From positions 1,246-65,245 of the forward strand of contig JAFQIY010000031.1 in the NCBI GenBank assembly GCA_017415165.1: DNA of 64,000 nucleotides, written 5' to 3'. Source of the DNA: Oscillospiraceae bacterium. Its GTDB lineage: Bacteria > Bacillota > Clostridia > Oscillospirales > Ruminococcaceae. Below are positions 17,453 to 26,577 of the stretch, one piece after another. The notes below the pieces were generated by a model. It worked only from the letters and a program-made list of their open reading frames with translations. It was not told where the DNA came from and ran no database searches. How positions within the stretch are numbered: the first letter of the stretch is position 1; each line of letters begins with the position of its first letter. The position numbers were made by a program, and so were the translations under genes.

Positions 17453-18510
17453 GCCAGTAAATGGCAGATAATTTGATTTGATACAAGGCACCCCTCAGGC
17501 GTAAGTCTGAGCGTGCCTTTTTCTTTTTTCAGCAAGCCGTTTCGGATAAGCATTTCGGCACGCTTTTCATTTTCGGGGTACGCTTCAATCGGAAGTCCCT
17601 CCTTCACAAGCCGCAAGGCAAGCATTGCTTTTTCCTCAGCACTTCCACCCTCGTCAAGGGTAATTGTTTTCTGTATTTCCGAGGAAATAAACTTGTTCAA
17701 ATTCTTATGACACGCAAATCTCGCGCCATCAATAAAGCTGTGCGCCGCTGGTCCAATTCCGAGATATTCCTCACATCGCCAGTATTTCAAGTTGTGTCTG
17801 CACTCAAATCCGTCCCGTGCAAAGTTGGAAATCTCGTATTGCTCAAAGCCAGCCTCATCAAGCTTTCGCACCGCTTCAAGGTACATATCCGCCGTGTCGT
17901 CTTCGTCAGGAATTTTCGACAGCAAATCTTCGTCAGCCGCAAGGGGAGTACCCTCCTCAACCTTCAGCATATAAGCCGAAATGTGAGTCAGCGGCAACTT
18001 TGCAACAGCAGCAAGACTTCTCCTCAGACTTTCAAAAGTCTGCCCCGAAACAGCAAGCATAAGGTCAGCACTGATGTTGTCAAATCCGACTTTTTTCGCT
18101 GTTTCAATCGCAGTAACAGCCTGTTCCGAGTCGTGAAGCCGTCCCAGCATTTTCAGTTCGGTATCGTCAAAGGACTGCACACCGAATGAAAGTCGGTTTA
18201 CCCCTGCATTGTGCACCTCACGCAGATAATTTTCAGTAACGCTGTTAGGGTTGCACTCCATAGAAATTTCAGCATCAGGAGCAATCTCCGCCGCCGAAAG
18301 TATCGCACCAATCTGTTTCGGATTAAGCAGGGAAGGCGTACCTCCGCCGAAATAAACCGTGTCAAAGCTGTAGCCGTAAGCCTTGATGTTGCGGATAACA
18401 GCAGACGTGTATAAATCCGTCAGCGAAAGGTCGGTTACCGAGTAAAAATCGCAGTAACGGCACTTCCTCACGCAGAACGGAACGTGAATGTATAAGCCGA
18501 TGTTTTTCAT
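17449..18510 (-). CDS. hemW: Radical SAM heme chaperone HemW (HemN-like)
   Basis: HVPFCVRKCRYCDF radical-SAM motif, 353 aa. It ends with TAG. Confidence 0.85.
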   Translation of the reverse strand: MKNIGLYIHVPFCVRKCRYCDFYSVTDLSLTDLYTSAVIRNIKAYGYSFDTVYFGGGTPSLLNPKQIGAILSAAEIAPDAEISMECNPNSVTENYLREVHNAGVNRLSFGVQSFDDTELKMLGRLHDSEQAVTAIETAKKVGFDNISADLMLAVSGQTFESLRRSLAAVAKLPLTHISAYMLKVEEGTPLAADEDLLSKIPDEDDTADMYLEAVRKLDEAGFEQYEISNFARDGFECRHNLKYWRCEEYLGIGPAAHSFIDGARFACHKNLNKFISSEIQKTITLDEGGSAEEKAMLALRLVKEGLPIEAYPENEKRAEMLIRNGLLKKEKGTLRLTPEGCLVSNQIICHLLA

Positions 18511-18514
18511 AGTT

Positions 18515-18850
18515 TCACCTTTTGGAGTGTGGAGTTTGGAGAGTGGGGTGAGGAGTTGTATTCAGTTTTCCTGAATATTTTTCTGAACAATATATTTTCT
18601 CAAATTCTTCTTTGGAAATTTTTTTCGCATAATAATCTTTTTCCTGATTTATTTCATCAATGGTAGGAATAGGTGTTTCTGTAATAAAATCAAAGCCTTC
18701 TTCTATAACAGGTATGATAGTTCCGTCAGCAAATATATTTGCCATTCTTGTTGCATATCGTTCGTTATCTAAATCAACTTCGTAGATTATACAAACAGGT
18801 AAATCTTTATCGAGTTCTATGTACCATTTAATGTATTCAAAATGCTTCAT
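18515..18850 (-). CDS. Hypothetical protein
   Basis: 111-aa ORF, AT-rich, wedged between hemW and lepA. No recognised motif. Confidence 0.45.
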   Translation of the reverse strand: MKHFEYIKWYIELDKDLPVCIIYEVDLDNERYATRMANIFADGTIIPVIEEGFDFITETPIPTIDEINQEKDYYAKKISKEEFEKIYCSEKYSGKLNTTPHPTLQTPHSKR

Positions 18851-18941
18851 TACAAACTCCTTGAATAAGTAATAACTTTATTATACCACTCACCAAACAT
18901 CAAGTCAACAAAATGCCGCCCTCAAAGAGAACGGCATAAAA

Positions 18942-19244
18942 TCATATAGTAAATACCCACGCATACGGGAACATTCCCACTAAGGTAAGCAGAATATATA
19001 CCCATCGGTATTCTTTAAGCGGATTTTTCAGATAGATAACAGCGTGCAACACAATTGCAGCAACATATGAAGCAACAACTGCGACATTCAGCAACAACAG
19101 CTTGTTTCCAGTGCTGAAGCCTCGTTCATAAAGAAGAAAGCAAACTCCAACAATAAGAATTATATTCACACAGCTTGATAGCGCAAGCTTGGCAAAAAGC
19201 TTGTCGCCCTCAGTTGCATAACCAGTAGATGTTTTCTTCTTCAT
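18942..19244 (-). CDS. Hypothetical small membrane protein
   Basis: 100-aa ORF with three hydrophobic segments. Confidence 0.5.
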   Translation of the reverse strand: MKKKTSTGYATEGDKLFAKLALSSCVNIILIVGVCFLLYERGFSTGNKLLLLNVAVVASYVAAIVLHAVIYLKNPLKEYRWVYILLTLVGMFPYAWVFTI

Positions 19245-19278
19245 AACGTCATCACCCTAAAAACAATTCCGCATTAAA

Positions 19279-21087
19279 CTATTCGTCCAGCTTAAGCACC
19301 GCCATAAACGCCTCCTGAGGAACTTCAACAGTACCCAGCTGACGCATACGCTTCTTACCTTCCTTCTGCTTTTCGAGCAGCTTCTTTTTACGTGTGATGT
19401 CACCGCCGTAACACTTGGCAAGAACATCCTTACGCATAGCCTTAACAGTTTCACGTGCAATAACCTTGCCGCCGATTGCAGCCTGAATTGGAACCTCAAA
19501 CAGCTGACGAGGAATGTTGTCCTTCAGCTTTTCGGCAATTCTTCTCGCACGGGCGTAAGCATTGTCAGCGTGAACAATAAAGGAAAGTGCGTCCACGATA
19601 TCGCCGTTAAGCATAATGTCAAGCTTGACAAGCTTGGACGGCATATATCCCAGCATTTCATAGTCAAAAGAAGCGTAACCCTTTGTACGGGATTTCAGTG
19701 CATCAAAGAAGTCATAAACAATTTCATTCAGCGGAAGCTCATAGTGGAGCTCAACACGCGTTTCATCAAGGTACTTCATATCCTTGAAAATACCGCGTCT
19801 GCCCTGACAAAGCTCCATAATGTTGCCAACATAATCACTAGGCGAAAGGATAGAAGCCTTAACCATAGGCTCTTCCGCAGAAGCAATTACAGCAGGTTCA
19901 GGGTAGTTTGTCGGGTTGTCAATATAAACCGTTTCGCCGTTTGTAAGGTTAACCTTGAAAATAACCGACGGAGCAGTTGTGATAAGGTCAAGATTGAACT
20001 CACGTTCAAGACGTTCCTGAATAATTTCCATATGGAGCAGACCGAGGAAGCCGCAGCGGAAACCAAATCCCAGTGCAACCGAGGTTTCAGGCTCAAAGGA
20101 AAGGGAAGCGTCATTGAGCTGAAGCTTGTCAAGTGCGTCACGGAGATCACCATAGCGTGCACCGTCAGCAGGATAAATACCGCTGAATACCATCGGGTTT
20201 ACTTCACGGTAACCGGGGAGCGCCTCATCACAAGGATTTTCCGCATCGGTAACCGTGTCACCAACCTTTGTGTCACCGATATATTTGATAGAAGCGGTAA
20301 TATAACCAACCTCGCCAGAGTGAAGTGCTCCTGCATTGACGTGGTCAGTTGCACCCATATAACCTGTTTCAACAACCGTAAACTCAGCGCCTGTAGCCAT
20401 AAGCTTGATTTTCTGACCGATTTTAACCTCTCCGTCAAGTACACGGACGTAAATGATAACGCCCTTGTAGCTGTCATAGAAGCAGTCGAAAATCAGCGCC
20501 TTCAGCGGCTTGTCATTGTCACCCTTAGGGCAGGGAATGTCAGTAACAACCCTTTCAAGCACTTCCTCAATGTTTGTACCCATCTTAGCGGAAATTCTCG
20601 GTGCGTCCATAGCAGGAATACCGATGATATTCTCAACCTCGTTGCAGACACGTTCAGGGTCAGCGGAAGGCAGGTCGATTTTATTTACAACAGGCATAAC
20701 CTCAAGGTCGTTTTCGATTGCAAGATAAGTGTTTGCAAGAGTCTGCGCCTCGATGCCCTGTGAAGCGTCAACAATAAGAATTGCACCCTCACAGGCAACA
20801 AGTGAACGTGAAACCTCATAGTTGAAGTCAACGTGACCCGGGGTGTCAATGAGATTGAAAACGTAGTCGTTACCGTCCTTTGCCTTGTAGTTAAGACGTA
20901 CAGCACGAGCCTTTATGGTAATGCCACGCTCACGTTCAATGTCCATATTGTCGAGAAGCTGGTCCTCCATATCACGTTTAGCAACAGTGGAAGTAAGCTC
21001 AAGAATACGGTCAGCAAGAGTAGACTTGCCGTGGTCAATGTGAGCAATAATACAGAAGTTACGGATATTTTCCTGATTATAAGACAA
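19279..21087 (-). CDS. lepA: Translation elongation factor 4 (LepA)
   Basis: [26 protein letters not shown], 602 aa. Confidence 0.95.
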   Translation of the reverse strand: MSYNQENIRNFCIIAHIDHGKSTLADRILELTSTVAKRDMEDQLLDNMDIERERGITIKARAVRLNYKAKDGNDYVFNLIDTPGHVDFNYEVSRSLVACEGAILIVDASQGIEAQTLANTYLAIENDLEVMPVVNKIDLPSADPERVCNEVENIIGIPAMDAPRISAKMGTNIEEVLERVVTDIPCPKGDNDKPLKALIFDCFYDSYKGVIIYVRVLDGEVKIGQKIKLMATGAEFTVVETGYMGATDHVNAGALHSGEVGYITASIKYIGDTKVGDTVTDAENPCDEALPGYREVNPMVFSGIYPADGARYGDLRDALDKLQLNDASLSFEPETSVALGFGFRCGFLGLLHMEIIQERLEREFNLDLITTAPSVIFKVNLTNGETVYIDNPTNYPEPAVIASAEEPMVKASILSPSDYVGNIMELCQGRRGIFKDMKYLDETRVELHYELPLNEIVYDFFDALKSRTKGYASFDYEMLGYMPSKLVKLDIMLNGDIVDALSFIVHADNAYARARRIAEKLKDNIPRQLFEVPIQAAIGGKVIARETVKAMRKDVLAKCYGGDITRKKKLLEKQKEGKKRMRQLGTVEVPQEAFMAVLKLDE

Positions 21088-21128
21088 GATAACACTTCCT
21101 TTGTGAATTAATGTGCCAAATCCTAAAT

Positions 21129-21157
21129 ATTATAGCACAAAACAGCGCTGTTGTAAA
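21129..21157 (-). promoter_or_regulatory. Sigma-A-type promoter of lepA
   Basis: The minus strand reads TTTACA, 17 nt, TATAAT. The GTGCTATAATATTT block is shared with the pyrR promoter. Confidence 0.5.
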
Positions 21158-21222
21158 GAATTTTTTTCGGTTTGACTTGGAGCGGGTGTAATGGTATAAT
21201 GTAGAAAAAGGGGAGAGTACAT

Positions 21223-21555
21223 ATGAAATATTTCTGCAAGGACAACGAACGTATCGGCACCTGTTACCACGAATTCCAAAAGGGAAAATTCAACGGAACA
21301 GATTTCTGGAAAGCCAACTCACTTTGTATCCACGATGATATTCATTGTAAAATAAAGCTTGGTGAATTGATACAGAGTGTTGTTCCCGAATACTCTCCGA
21401 CAGGCGAAACTACTGTAACCCGTGAACAATGGGAAGTGATTTGCTGCAAAGCAAATGAAGCAGGCGGTGAGCTTGCGGAGGCTGTTGCCGAAGCTGATAT
21501 ATGGGTACGAAATGTTTTTGATAAATATGATGTTTTTACGATGATAGGCATATAA
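21223..21555 (+). CDS. Hypothetical protein
   Basis: 110-aa ORF with its own promoter (TTGACT, 17 nt, TATAAT at 21172-21200). No motif recognised. Confidence 0.5.
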   Translation: MKYFCKDNERIGTCYHEFQKGKFNGTDFWKANSLCIHDDIHCKIKLGELIQSVVPEYSPTGETTVTREQWEVICCKANEAGGELAEAVAEADIWVRNVFDKYDVFTMIGI

Positions 21556-21556
21556 A

Positions 21557-21586
21557 AAGCCACGCAACCAAACGATTGCGTGGCTT
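21557..21586. terminator. Bidirectional terminator hairpin
   Basis: AAGCCACGCAA...TTGCGTGGCTT flanked by A and T tracts, between convergent genes. Confidence 0.65.
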
Positions 21587-21599
21587 TCACAATATTCAA

Positions 21600-21824
21600 T
21601 TAAAGACCGAGCTTGCCAAGAAGACCGCCAACCTTGTCCTTTACGTCGTCAACGGAAATCTTTGCCTTAACGCCGTCGATAACCTTGTTAATCTGGTCAT
21701 CAGGAAGGTCAACACCGATTACCTTTTCAACAGCCTTTACAGGGTCAGCCTTGAAATCAGACGCAAAGTTTTCGTCATTCTTAACCTTCTCAACAATTTC
21801 TTCGATTTTAGCCTTGATATCCAT
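21600..21824 (-). CDS. Small acidic/lysine-rich hypothetical protein
   Basis: ATG 21824 lies 8 nt after AAGAGG. The ORF track extends to a TTG at 21842. Confidence 0.5.
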   Translation of the reverse strand: MDIKAKIEEIVEKVKNDENFASDFKADPVKAVEKVIGVDLPDDQINKVIDGVKAKISVDDVKDKVGGLLGKLGL

Positions 21825-21908
21825 AGTAAGTACCTCTTTCAAATTATTGCCACAAATGGCTCTGAGAATATTATAGCATACTTTAGGGCAATTTGCAAGA
21901 GTAATCCT

Positions 21909-22373
21909 TTAATCTGTACACTCAGGGTCGCCGACTTCTTCGTTTCCAAGATAGCTTTTATACGGCTTACCCTCATAGTAATTCATAATCTGTCGTCTTA
22001 GCTTTGAAGGATACAGTGGCAGCGTGTTAAGTACAGAAATATCCAGCCACTCAATTCCAACCTGATTGGTGTCGCTATGTAGTTCAGCATTCGGTAATTC
22101 ACCAATATATTCACAGGCGAAAATCAAATCAACACGATGAAAATCCTCGCCGTGAACACCCTCTATAACAAAGAGCAGTTCCTCGCATTTTACCGAAATT
22201 CCCAATTCCTCAGTAACCTCACGGCAAACCGCCTCGGGCAGGGTTTCTTCCGACTCCTGACCTCCGCCAGGCATAATGTACCATTCTTCGCTACCGTCAC
22301 TGATTTTTATGGCAGCCATCTTACCGTCCTTGATGATAAGTGCCTTTGCGGAATTGCGGATTTCACGTTCCAT
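21909..22373 (-). CDS. NUDIX hydrolase
   Basis: Nudix box GGGQESEETLPEAVCREVTEELGI. ATG 22373 lies 6 nt after AAGGAG. Confidence 0.85.
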   Translation of the reverse strand: MEREIRNSAKALIIKDGKMAAIKISDGSEEWYIMPGGGQESEETLPEAVCREVTEELGISVKCEELLFVIEGVHGEDFHRVDLIFACEYIGELPNAELHSDTNQVGIEWLDISVLNTLPLYPSKLRRQIMNYYEGKPYKSYLGNEEVGDPECTD

Positions 22374-22393
22374 ATGAATCACTCCTTGTTCAA

Positions 22394-22430
22394 AAAGAAA
22401 AATCCGTTCCTCACTATTGCAAGGAACGGA
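22394..22430 (-). terminator. Rho-independent terminator downstream of tRNA-Arg
   Basis: TCCGTTCCT...AGGAACGGA with an A-run on the plus strand (a U-run on the minus strand). Confidence 0.6.
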
Positions 22431-22436
22431 TATTGT

Positions 22437-22513
22437 TGGTGCGCTGCAAGGGACTCGAACCCCTGACCTACTGGTTCGTAGCCAGTCACTCTATCCAGCT
22501 GAGCTAGCAACGC
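22437..22513 (-). tRNA. tRNA-Arg, anticodon ACG (CCA encoded)
   Basis: The reverse complement is GCGTTGCTAGCTCAGCTGGATAGAGTGACTGGCTACGAACCAGTAGGTCAGGGGTTCGAGTCCCTTGCAGCGCACCA. The cloverleaf was folded by hand. Confidence 0.9.
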
Positions 22514-22579
22514 TTCAATCAACGCATTTTATTATATCACAATGATTGGAGTTTGTCAAGCCTTTTTTAGAAAAATTTT

Positions 22580-23866
22580 TCAGGGGTACAATTTTTCAAT
22601 GTTGAACAAGCTGTTCAGAAGCAGATAATTCTGTCTGAACGGGCGCATTAAATTCCAGTAACCACAGCCAAGTATCTGTTTTTCTGCAACAAGCTTATAT
22701 TTTTCGTTCATACTCCGCACATCGTCAAACCATACAACGTGCGCCGCGCCTTCGGGGTCTGTGTAATAAAAATACGGACTCTGCGACTGTTCGTCATAAA
22801 GTATCTCGCTTCCTTTTCCCAGTGCAAGACGTACAGCGTTGACATTCCCGATTGTGACAGCCTTGCTTTCACCCCGTACAAACGGCAGCTTCCAGTTGTA
22901 GCCATAATTAGGAATACCCAGAAAAATCTTATCGGCGTCAATCTCGGTAAGTGAGTATTCCAGCACCCGCTGCACATTTGGCAGGGGTGCAACTGCCATC
23001 GGAGGACCGTATGTATAGCCCCATTCATAAGTCATCAGAAAAACATAATCCGCAACTGCACCCAAAGCGGAATAATCGTGTGCTTCGTAAAGCACCCCTG
23101 ATTGTTCGTCTGAATATTTTGGCGCAAGGTCAACGTGAAGAAGCAATCCTGCTTCGTGAAGCTGACGTGAGGCGTTGCTGATAAAAGCGGTAAACTCATT
23201 GCGGTATTGTGACGGAATGTATTCCATATCAATGTCGAGTCCCTGTGCTTTTTTACGCTGGATAACGTCAATCAAATTTGCAATGACAATATTCTGAAAA
23301 TCAATGTCAGTAACAAGACGCTCGATTTTTGCGGAACTGAATGTGCCGTCCTGATTTATGCTGGTCAGACTCAGGAAAACGGCTGTTCGGAAATCGTTGG
23401 CGATGGGAATGACTTCGTCATCAAGGGGTTCAATTATCGAACCGTCGTCATTGAAGCCGTAGCCGAACATTATTAAATAGGTAAGGTAGGGAAGTGCCGC
23501 AAGGAGCGTATTCCTGTTTATATAGTCGTAAGCGAAGCCGCTTGTGCGTATGCTTGCTGTGGGAGCATTTTCGTATTTTATGACAATCTGCGTGCCTATC
23601 GGTATATTATTCATACCGATGATGAGCGGGTTGTTTCTGTAAAGCTGCATAACGTCGGTATTGTACATTTCCGCAATTGAAAAAAGTGTGTCGCCGTCTT
23701 TAAATGTATGTATAACCTCGGGACGAAGTATGAGCAATGCCTGACCTACAACAAGCTGACCATCCGAATAAAGTGAATTGTCTGTAATAAGCCGCTGAAC
23801 TGATACTCCGTACTTTTCGGCAATATCCCTGATTGTGTCACCCTGCTGTACGATATAAATATCCAA
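22580..23866 (-). CDS. Two-LysM glycoside hydrolase family 18 protein (YaaH/SleL-like spore cortex hydrolase)
   Basis: Two LysM repeats (YIVQQGDTIRDIAEKYGV; HTFKDGDTLFSIAEMYN). GH18 catalytic motif GLDIDMEY. TTG start 8 nt after AGGAGG. Confidence 0.8.
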   Translation of the reverse strand: MDIYIVQQGDTIRDIAEKYGVSVQRLITDNSLYSDGQLVVGQALLILRPEVIHTFKDGDTLFSIAEMYNTDVMQLYRNNPLIIGMNNIPIGTQIVIKYENAPTASIRTSGFAYDYINRNTLLAALPYLTYLIMFGYGFNDDGSIIEPLDDEVIPIANDFRTAVFLSLTSINQDGTFSSAKIERLVTDIDFQNIVIANLIDVIQRKKAQGLDIDMEYIPSQYRNEFTAFISNASRQLHEAGLLLHVDLAPKYSDEQSGVLYEAHDYSALGAVADYVFLMTYEWGYTYGPPMAVAPLPNVQRVLEYSLTEIDADKIFLGIPNYGYNWKLPFVRGESKAVTIGNVNAVRLALGKGSEILYDEQSQSPYFYYTDPEGAAHVVWFDDVRSMNEKYKLVAEKQILGCGYWNLMRPFRQNYLLLNSLFNIEKLYP

Positions 23867-24023
23867 ATGTAATTCCTCCTTTTGGTAATCATCATAGTAT
23901 ATGTGTCAAAATGATAAAAAAGAATTAACAAATTAGAAAAAATATGTTGCAATTATTGAATGGAAGTGATATACTATATAATATATTACGCAGTAGGTCA
24001 CCATAATTATAGGGGGAGCGTTT

Positions 24024-25271
24024 ATGGCGGAAAGTTTGGTTAATTCAGTCAGATGTCCTGTTTGCAAGAATTCTTATGAATGTGCTGATAAGGTCGGAAA
24101 ATGTCCTGTTTGCGGACATACGGAAAGCGTTGATGTGCTGATTGCAAAAACCAAGGCGGCGTCGGCAGAAGTCAGTGTGGCTGTCTACAGAATGATGTCT
24201 GCGGCGGACACTTATTTTGCCAGAAAAAGCTATGATGAGGCATATATCGGTTATAATTCCGTACTTGAAGCGGACAGAGGCTATCTTAAAGCTTATTTCA
24301 GACGTGAACTTACAAGCCAGTATCTTATGCTGGAGTCCTCATCGGTTTATCTCAGCAGCGAAAGCTTTTTTATGCAGATGGCGGAGATAAGGGAGCGCTT
24401 CAGACAGCTTGACCCTGAGGATGAGGAAACGCATAAGCTGCGTATTACGATGTGCAGGGATATGCTGGAATATATTTCCGTGCGCAGCGATTACGAAAAA
24501 AGATATGCATCTGCTCACAGAAACATAAAAACAGTTGAGATTTATATGTCCAATCTTATACTTCTGTTTGAGTATACGGTTGAGGCTATGCGTATTCTTG
24601 AAAATCTTTATGAGAATAACCGAAGCAAGGAAATTGCGTATCTTATTATAGAGTGCTGTTCACTGACAATGAAAATAAGGGGTATGCTTGCTTCGGGTGC
24701 TGAGTATGTAGAAACTTCAGAAGCTATGGAGGATTTCAGCGGGGAAAATACAGTAAAGAATGTCAGCCGTATCAGGCGCAGAATGCTTACTCAGGATGAG
24801 GAAATGAAAGTTGAAACCGATGCAGGATATGTTCAGAAAGTAAATGACAGGGTTGTGTCCACGGCTCAGGGAGAGCTTTACAAGGAGCTGCGTGCTGCGA
24901 AGGAGCATTCAGAAGAACAGGTTAATACTGATATAGACAACGAGGATAAAAAGCGTGCTGAGTATGAGCAGTGGAGACGGAATAATGAACAGGAATATAT
25001 GAAAGCTGACAAGGTTATACTTATCTGTGACATAGCAGGCAAAGCGGCAGTTATATTTGCGGTAATAATGATTGCGGTTTATCTTATTGAAATGCTTGCT
25101 TTCGGACAGAAGCTTACAGCAGTGCTTGTTATTGCGGCGATTTTTATATTGGCAAGAATTGCTATGGATTTTGCAAGAAAATCTTTTGAAAAGAAAAAAG
25201 GCTTTTACGCTAAGGTTATTGAGGGCGACAGCGTAAATCTCCGTTACGGAAACAAGAATTTCAAGGAATAA
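24024..25271 (+). CDS. Hypothetical zinc-ribbon / helical-repeat / double-TM protein
   Basis: CPVC...CPVCG at the N-terminus, a helical middle, and two C-terminal TM segments. Confidence 0.55.
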   Translation: MAESLVNSVRCPVCKNSYECADKVGKCPVCGHTESVDVLIAKTKAASAEVSVAVYRMMSAADTYFARKSYDEAYIGYNSVLEADRGYLKAYFRRELTSQYLMLESSSVYLSSESFFMQMAEIRERFRQLDPEDEETHKLRITMCRDMLEYISVRSDYEKRYASAHRNIKTVEIYMSNLILLFEYTVEAMRILENLYENNRSKEIAYLIIECCSLTMKIRGMLASGAEYVETSEAMEDFSGENTVKNVSRIRRRMLTQDEEMKVETDAGYVQKVNDRVVSTAQGELYKELRAAKEHSEEQVNTDIDNEDKKRAEYEQWRRNNEQEYMKADKVILICDIAGKAAVIFAVIMIAVYLIEMLAFGQKLTAVLVIAAIFILARIAMDFARKSFEKKKGFYAKVIEGDSVNLRYGNKNFKE

Positions 25272-25354
25272 TAAAGAAATATTAATAATCCGTTTGTTAT
25301 ACATACCACTATTTGAAAGTATAAAATTTTTACTAAAAAATTTGTGGAAAATGC

Positions 25355-25383
25355 TTGACAAACGGATTTTCTTTGTGTATAAT
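25355..25383 (+). promoter_or_regulatory. Sigma-A-type promoter of the str operon
   Basis: TTGACA, 17 nt, TATAAT. Confidence 0.6.
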
Positions 25384-25445
25384 AATCTAGTGTGCGAATG
25401 TCAGGTGATATTTCGTACCAAATATTTGAAGAAAGGAGATAGATT

Positions 25446-25871
25446 ATGCCAACCTTTAATCAGTTAGTTCGTAAGGGAAGAAAAGTTCTCGAAAAGAAGT
25501 CTACTGCACCAGCTCTTCAGAAGGGTTACAACGCTAAGAAGAAGGTAGCAATCGACCAGAGCTCACCTCAGAAGAGAGGCGTATGTACAGCAGTTAGAAC
25601 AGCTACACCTAAGAAGCCTAACTCCGCTATGAGAAAGATTGCCAGAGTAAGACTTACAAACGGTACTGAAGTAACAGCTTACATTCCAGGTATCGGCCAC
25701 AACCTCCAGGAACACTCCGTTGTTCTTATCAGAGGCGGTAGAGTTAAGGACCTCCCTGGTGTACGTTACCACATCATCAGAGGTACACTCGATGCACAGG
25801 GCGTTGCTAAGAGAAATCAGGCTCGTTCCAAGTACGGTGCAAAGAAGCCTAAGGCAGGCGCAGCTAAGTAA
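25446..25871 (+). CDS. rpsL: 30S ribosomal protein S12
   Basis: [12 protein letters not shown]...PKKPNSA.RK; unmistakable. Confidence 0.97.
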   Translation: MPTFNQLVRKGRKVLEKKSTAPALQKGYNAKKKVAIDQSSPQKRGVCTAVRTATPKKPNSAMRKIARVRLTNGTEVTAYIPGIGHNLQEHSVVLIRGGRVKDLPGVRYHIIRGTLDAQGVAKRNQARSKYGAKKPKAGAAK

Positions 25872-26050
25872 GCTGAAAGTGTCTTAAATTAAAGTATACT
25901 CAATGAAACCAAACCGCAGATTTGTGCGGAGATTCATTTTTATATAGATGAAGCCTCTGCATTGGTCGTGCGTGTCATCCGCCGCTACTATCGGCGGCGT
26001 GAGGTGAAACGAGTACCTATGATAGCATTATTATGAAGGAGGGAAGTATT

Positions 26051-26521
26051 GTGCCAAGAAGAGGTAAAATTGCAAAGCGTGAGGTTCTTTGTGACCCTGT
26101 TTACAACTCTGAGCTCGTAACACGTCTTATCAACAACATTATGCTCGATGGTAAGAAGGGTGTTGCTCAGAAAATCGTATACGGTGCTTTTGAAATCGTA
26201 GCAGAAAAGACAGGTAAGGACGCTCTCGAAGTTTTCGAACAGGCTATGGAAAACATCATGCCTCTGCTCGAAGTAAAGGCTCGCCGAGTTGGTGGTTCCA
26301 CATACCAGGTACCAATGGAGGTAAGACCTGAAAGAAAGCAGACTCTCGGTCTCAGATGGCTCACAACTTATTCAAGAGCAAGAAGCGAGAGAACAATGAA
26401 GGAAAGACTCGCTAACGAAATTATCGACGCTACAAACGGTATCGGCGGTGCTTGCAAGAAGCGTGAAGATACTCACAAGATGGCTGAAGCTAACAAGGCT
26501 TTCGCACACTACCGTTGGTAA
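26051..26521 (+). CDS. rpsG: 30S ribosomal protein S7
   Basis: GTG start giving [12 protein letters not shown], 156 aa, SD GGAGGG 8 nt upstream. Confidence 0.95.
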   Translation: MPRRGKIAKREVLCDPVYNSELVTRLINNIMLDGKKGVAQKIVYGAFEIVAEKTGKDALEVFEQAMENIMPLLEVKARRVGGSTYQVPMEVRPERKQTLGLRWLTTYSRARSERTMKERLANEIIDATNGIGGACKKREDTHKMAEANKAFAHYRW

Positions 26522-26577
26522 TCTGCACATAAACGTGATTGCCCTGATTTACAGGGTACTAAATTGGAGGAAATATT

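Noticed and set aside
21129-21143. A 15-nt identity (AAATATTATAGCACA) shared between the lepA and pyrR upstream regions (also at 62959-62973), considered as a dispersed repeat.
   Set aside because: In both places it coincides with the -10 region (GTGCTATAATATTT on the gene strand) of a well-spaced promoter. Shared promoter sequence explains it better than a mobile repeat.
23867-23950. A sporulation-sigma (sigma-E/K-like) promoter for the sleL-like gene, based on CATATACTA resembling CATA---TA.
   Set aside because: I could not place a convincing -35 element at the right spacing by eye. It is left unannotated.
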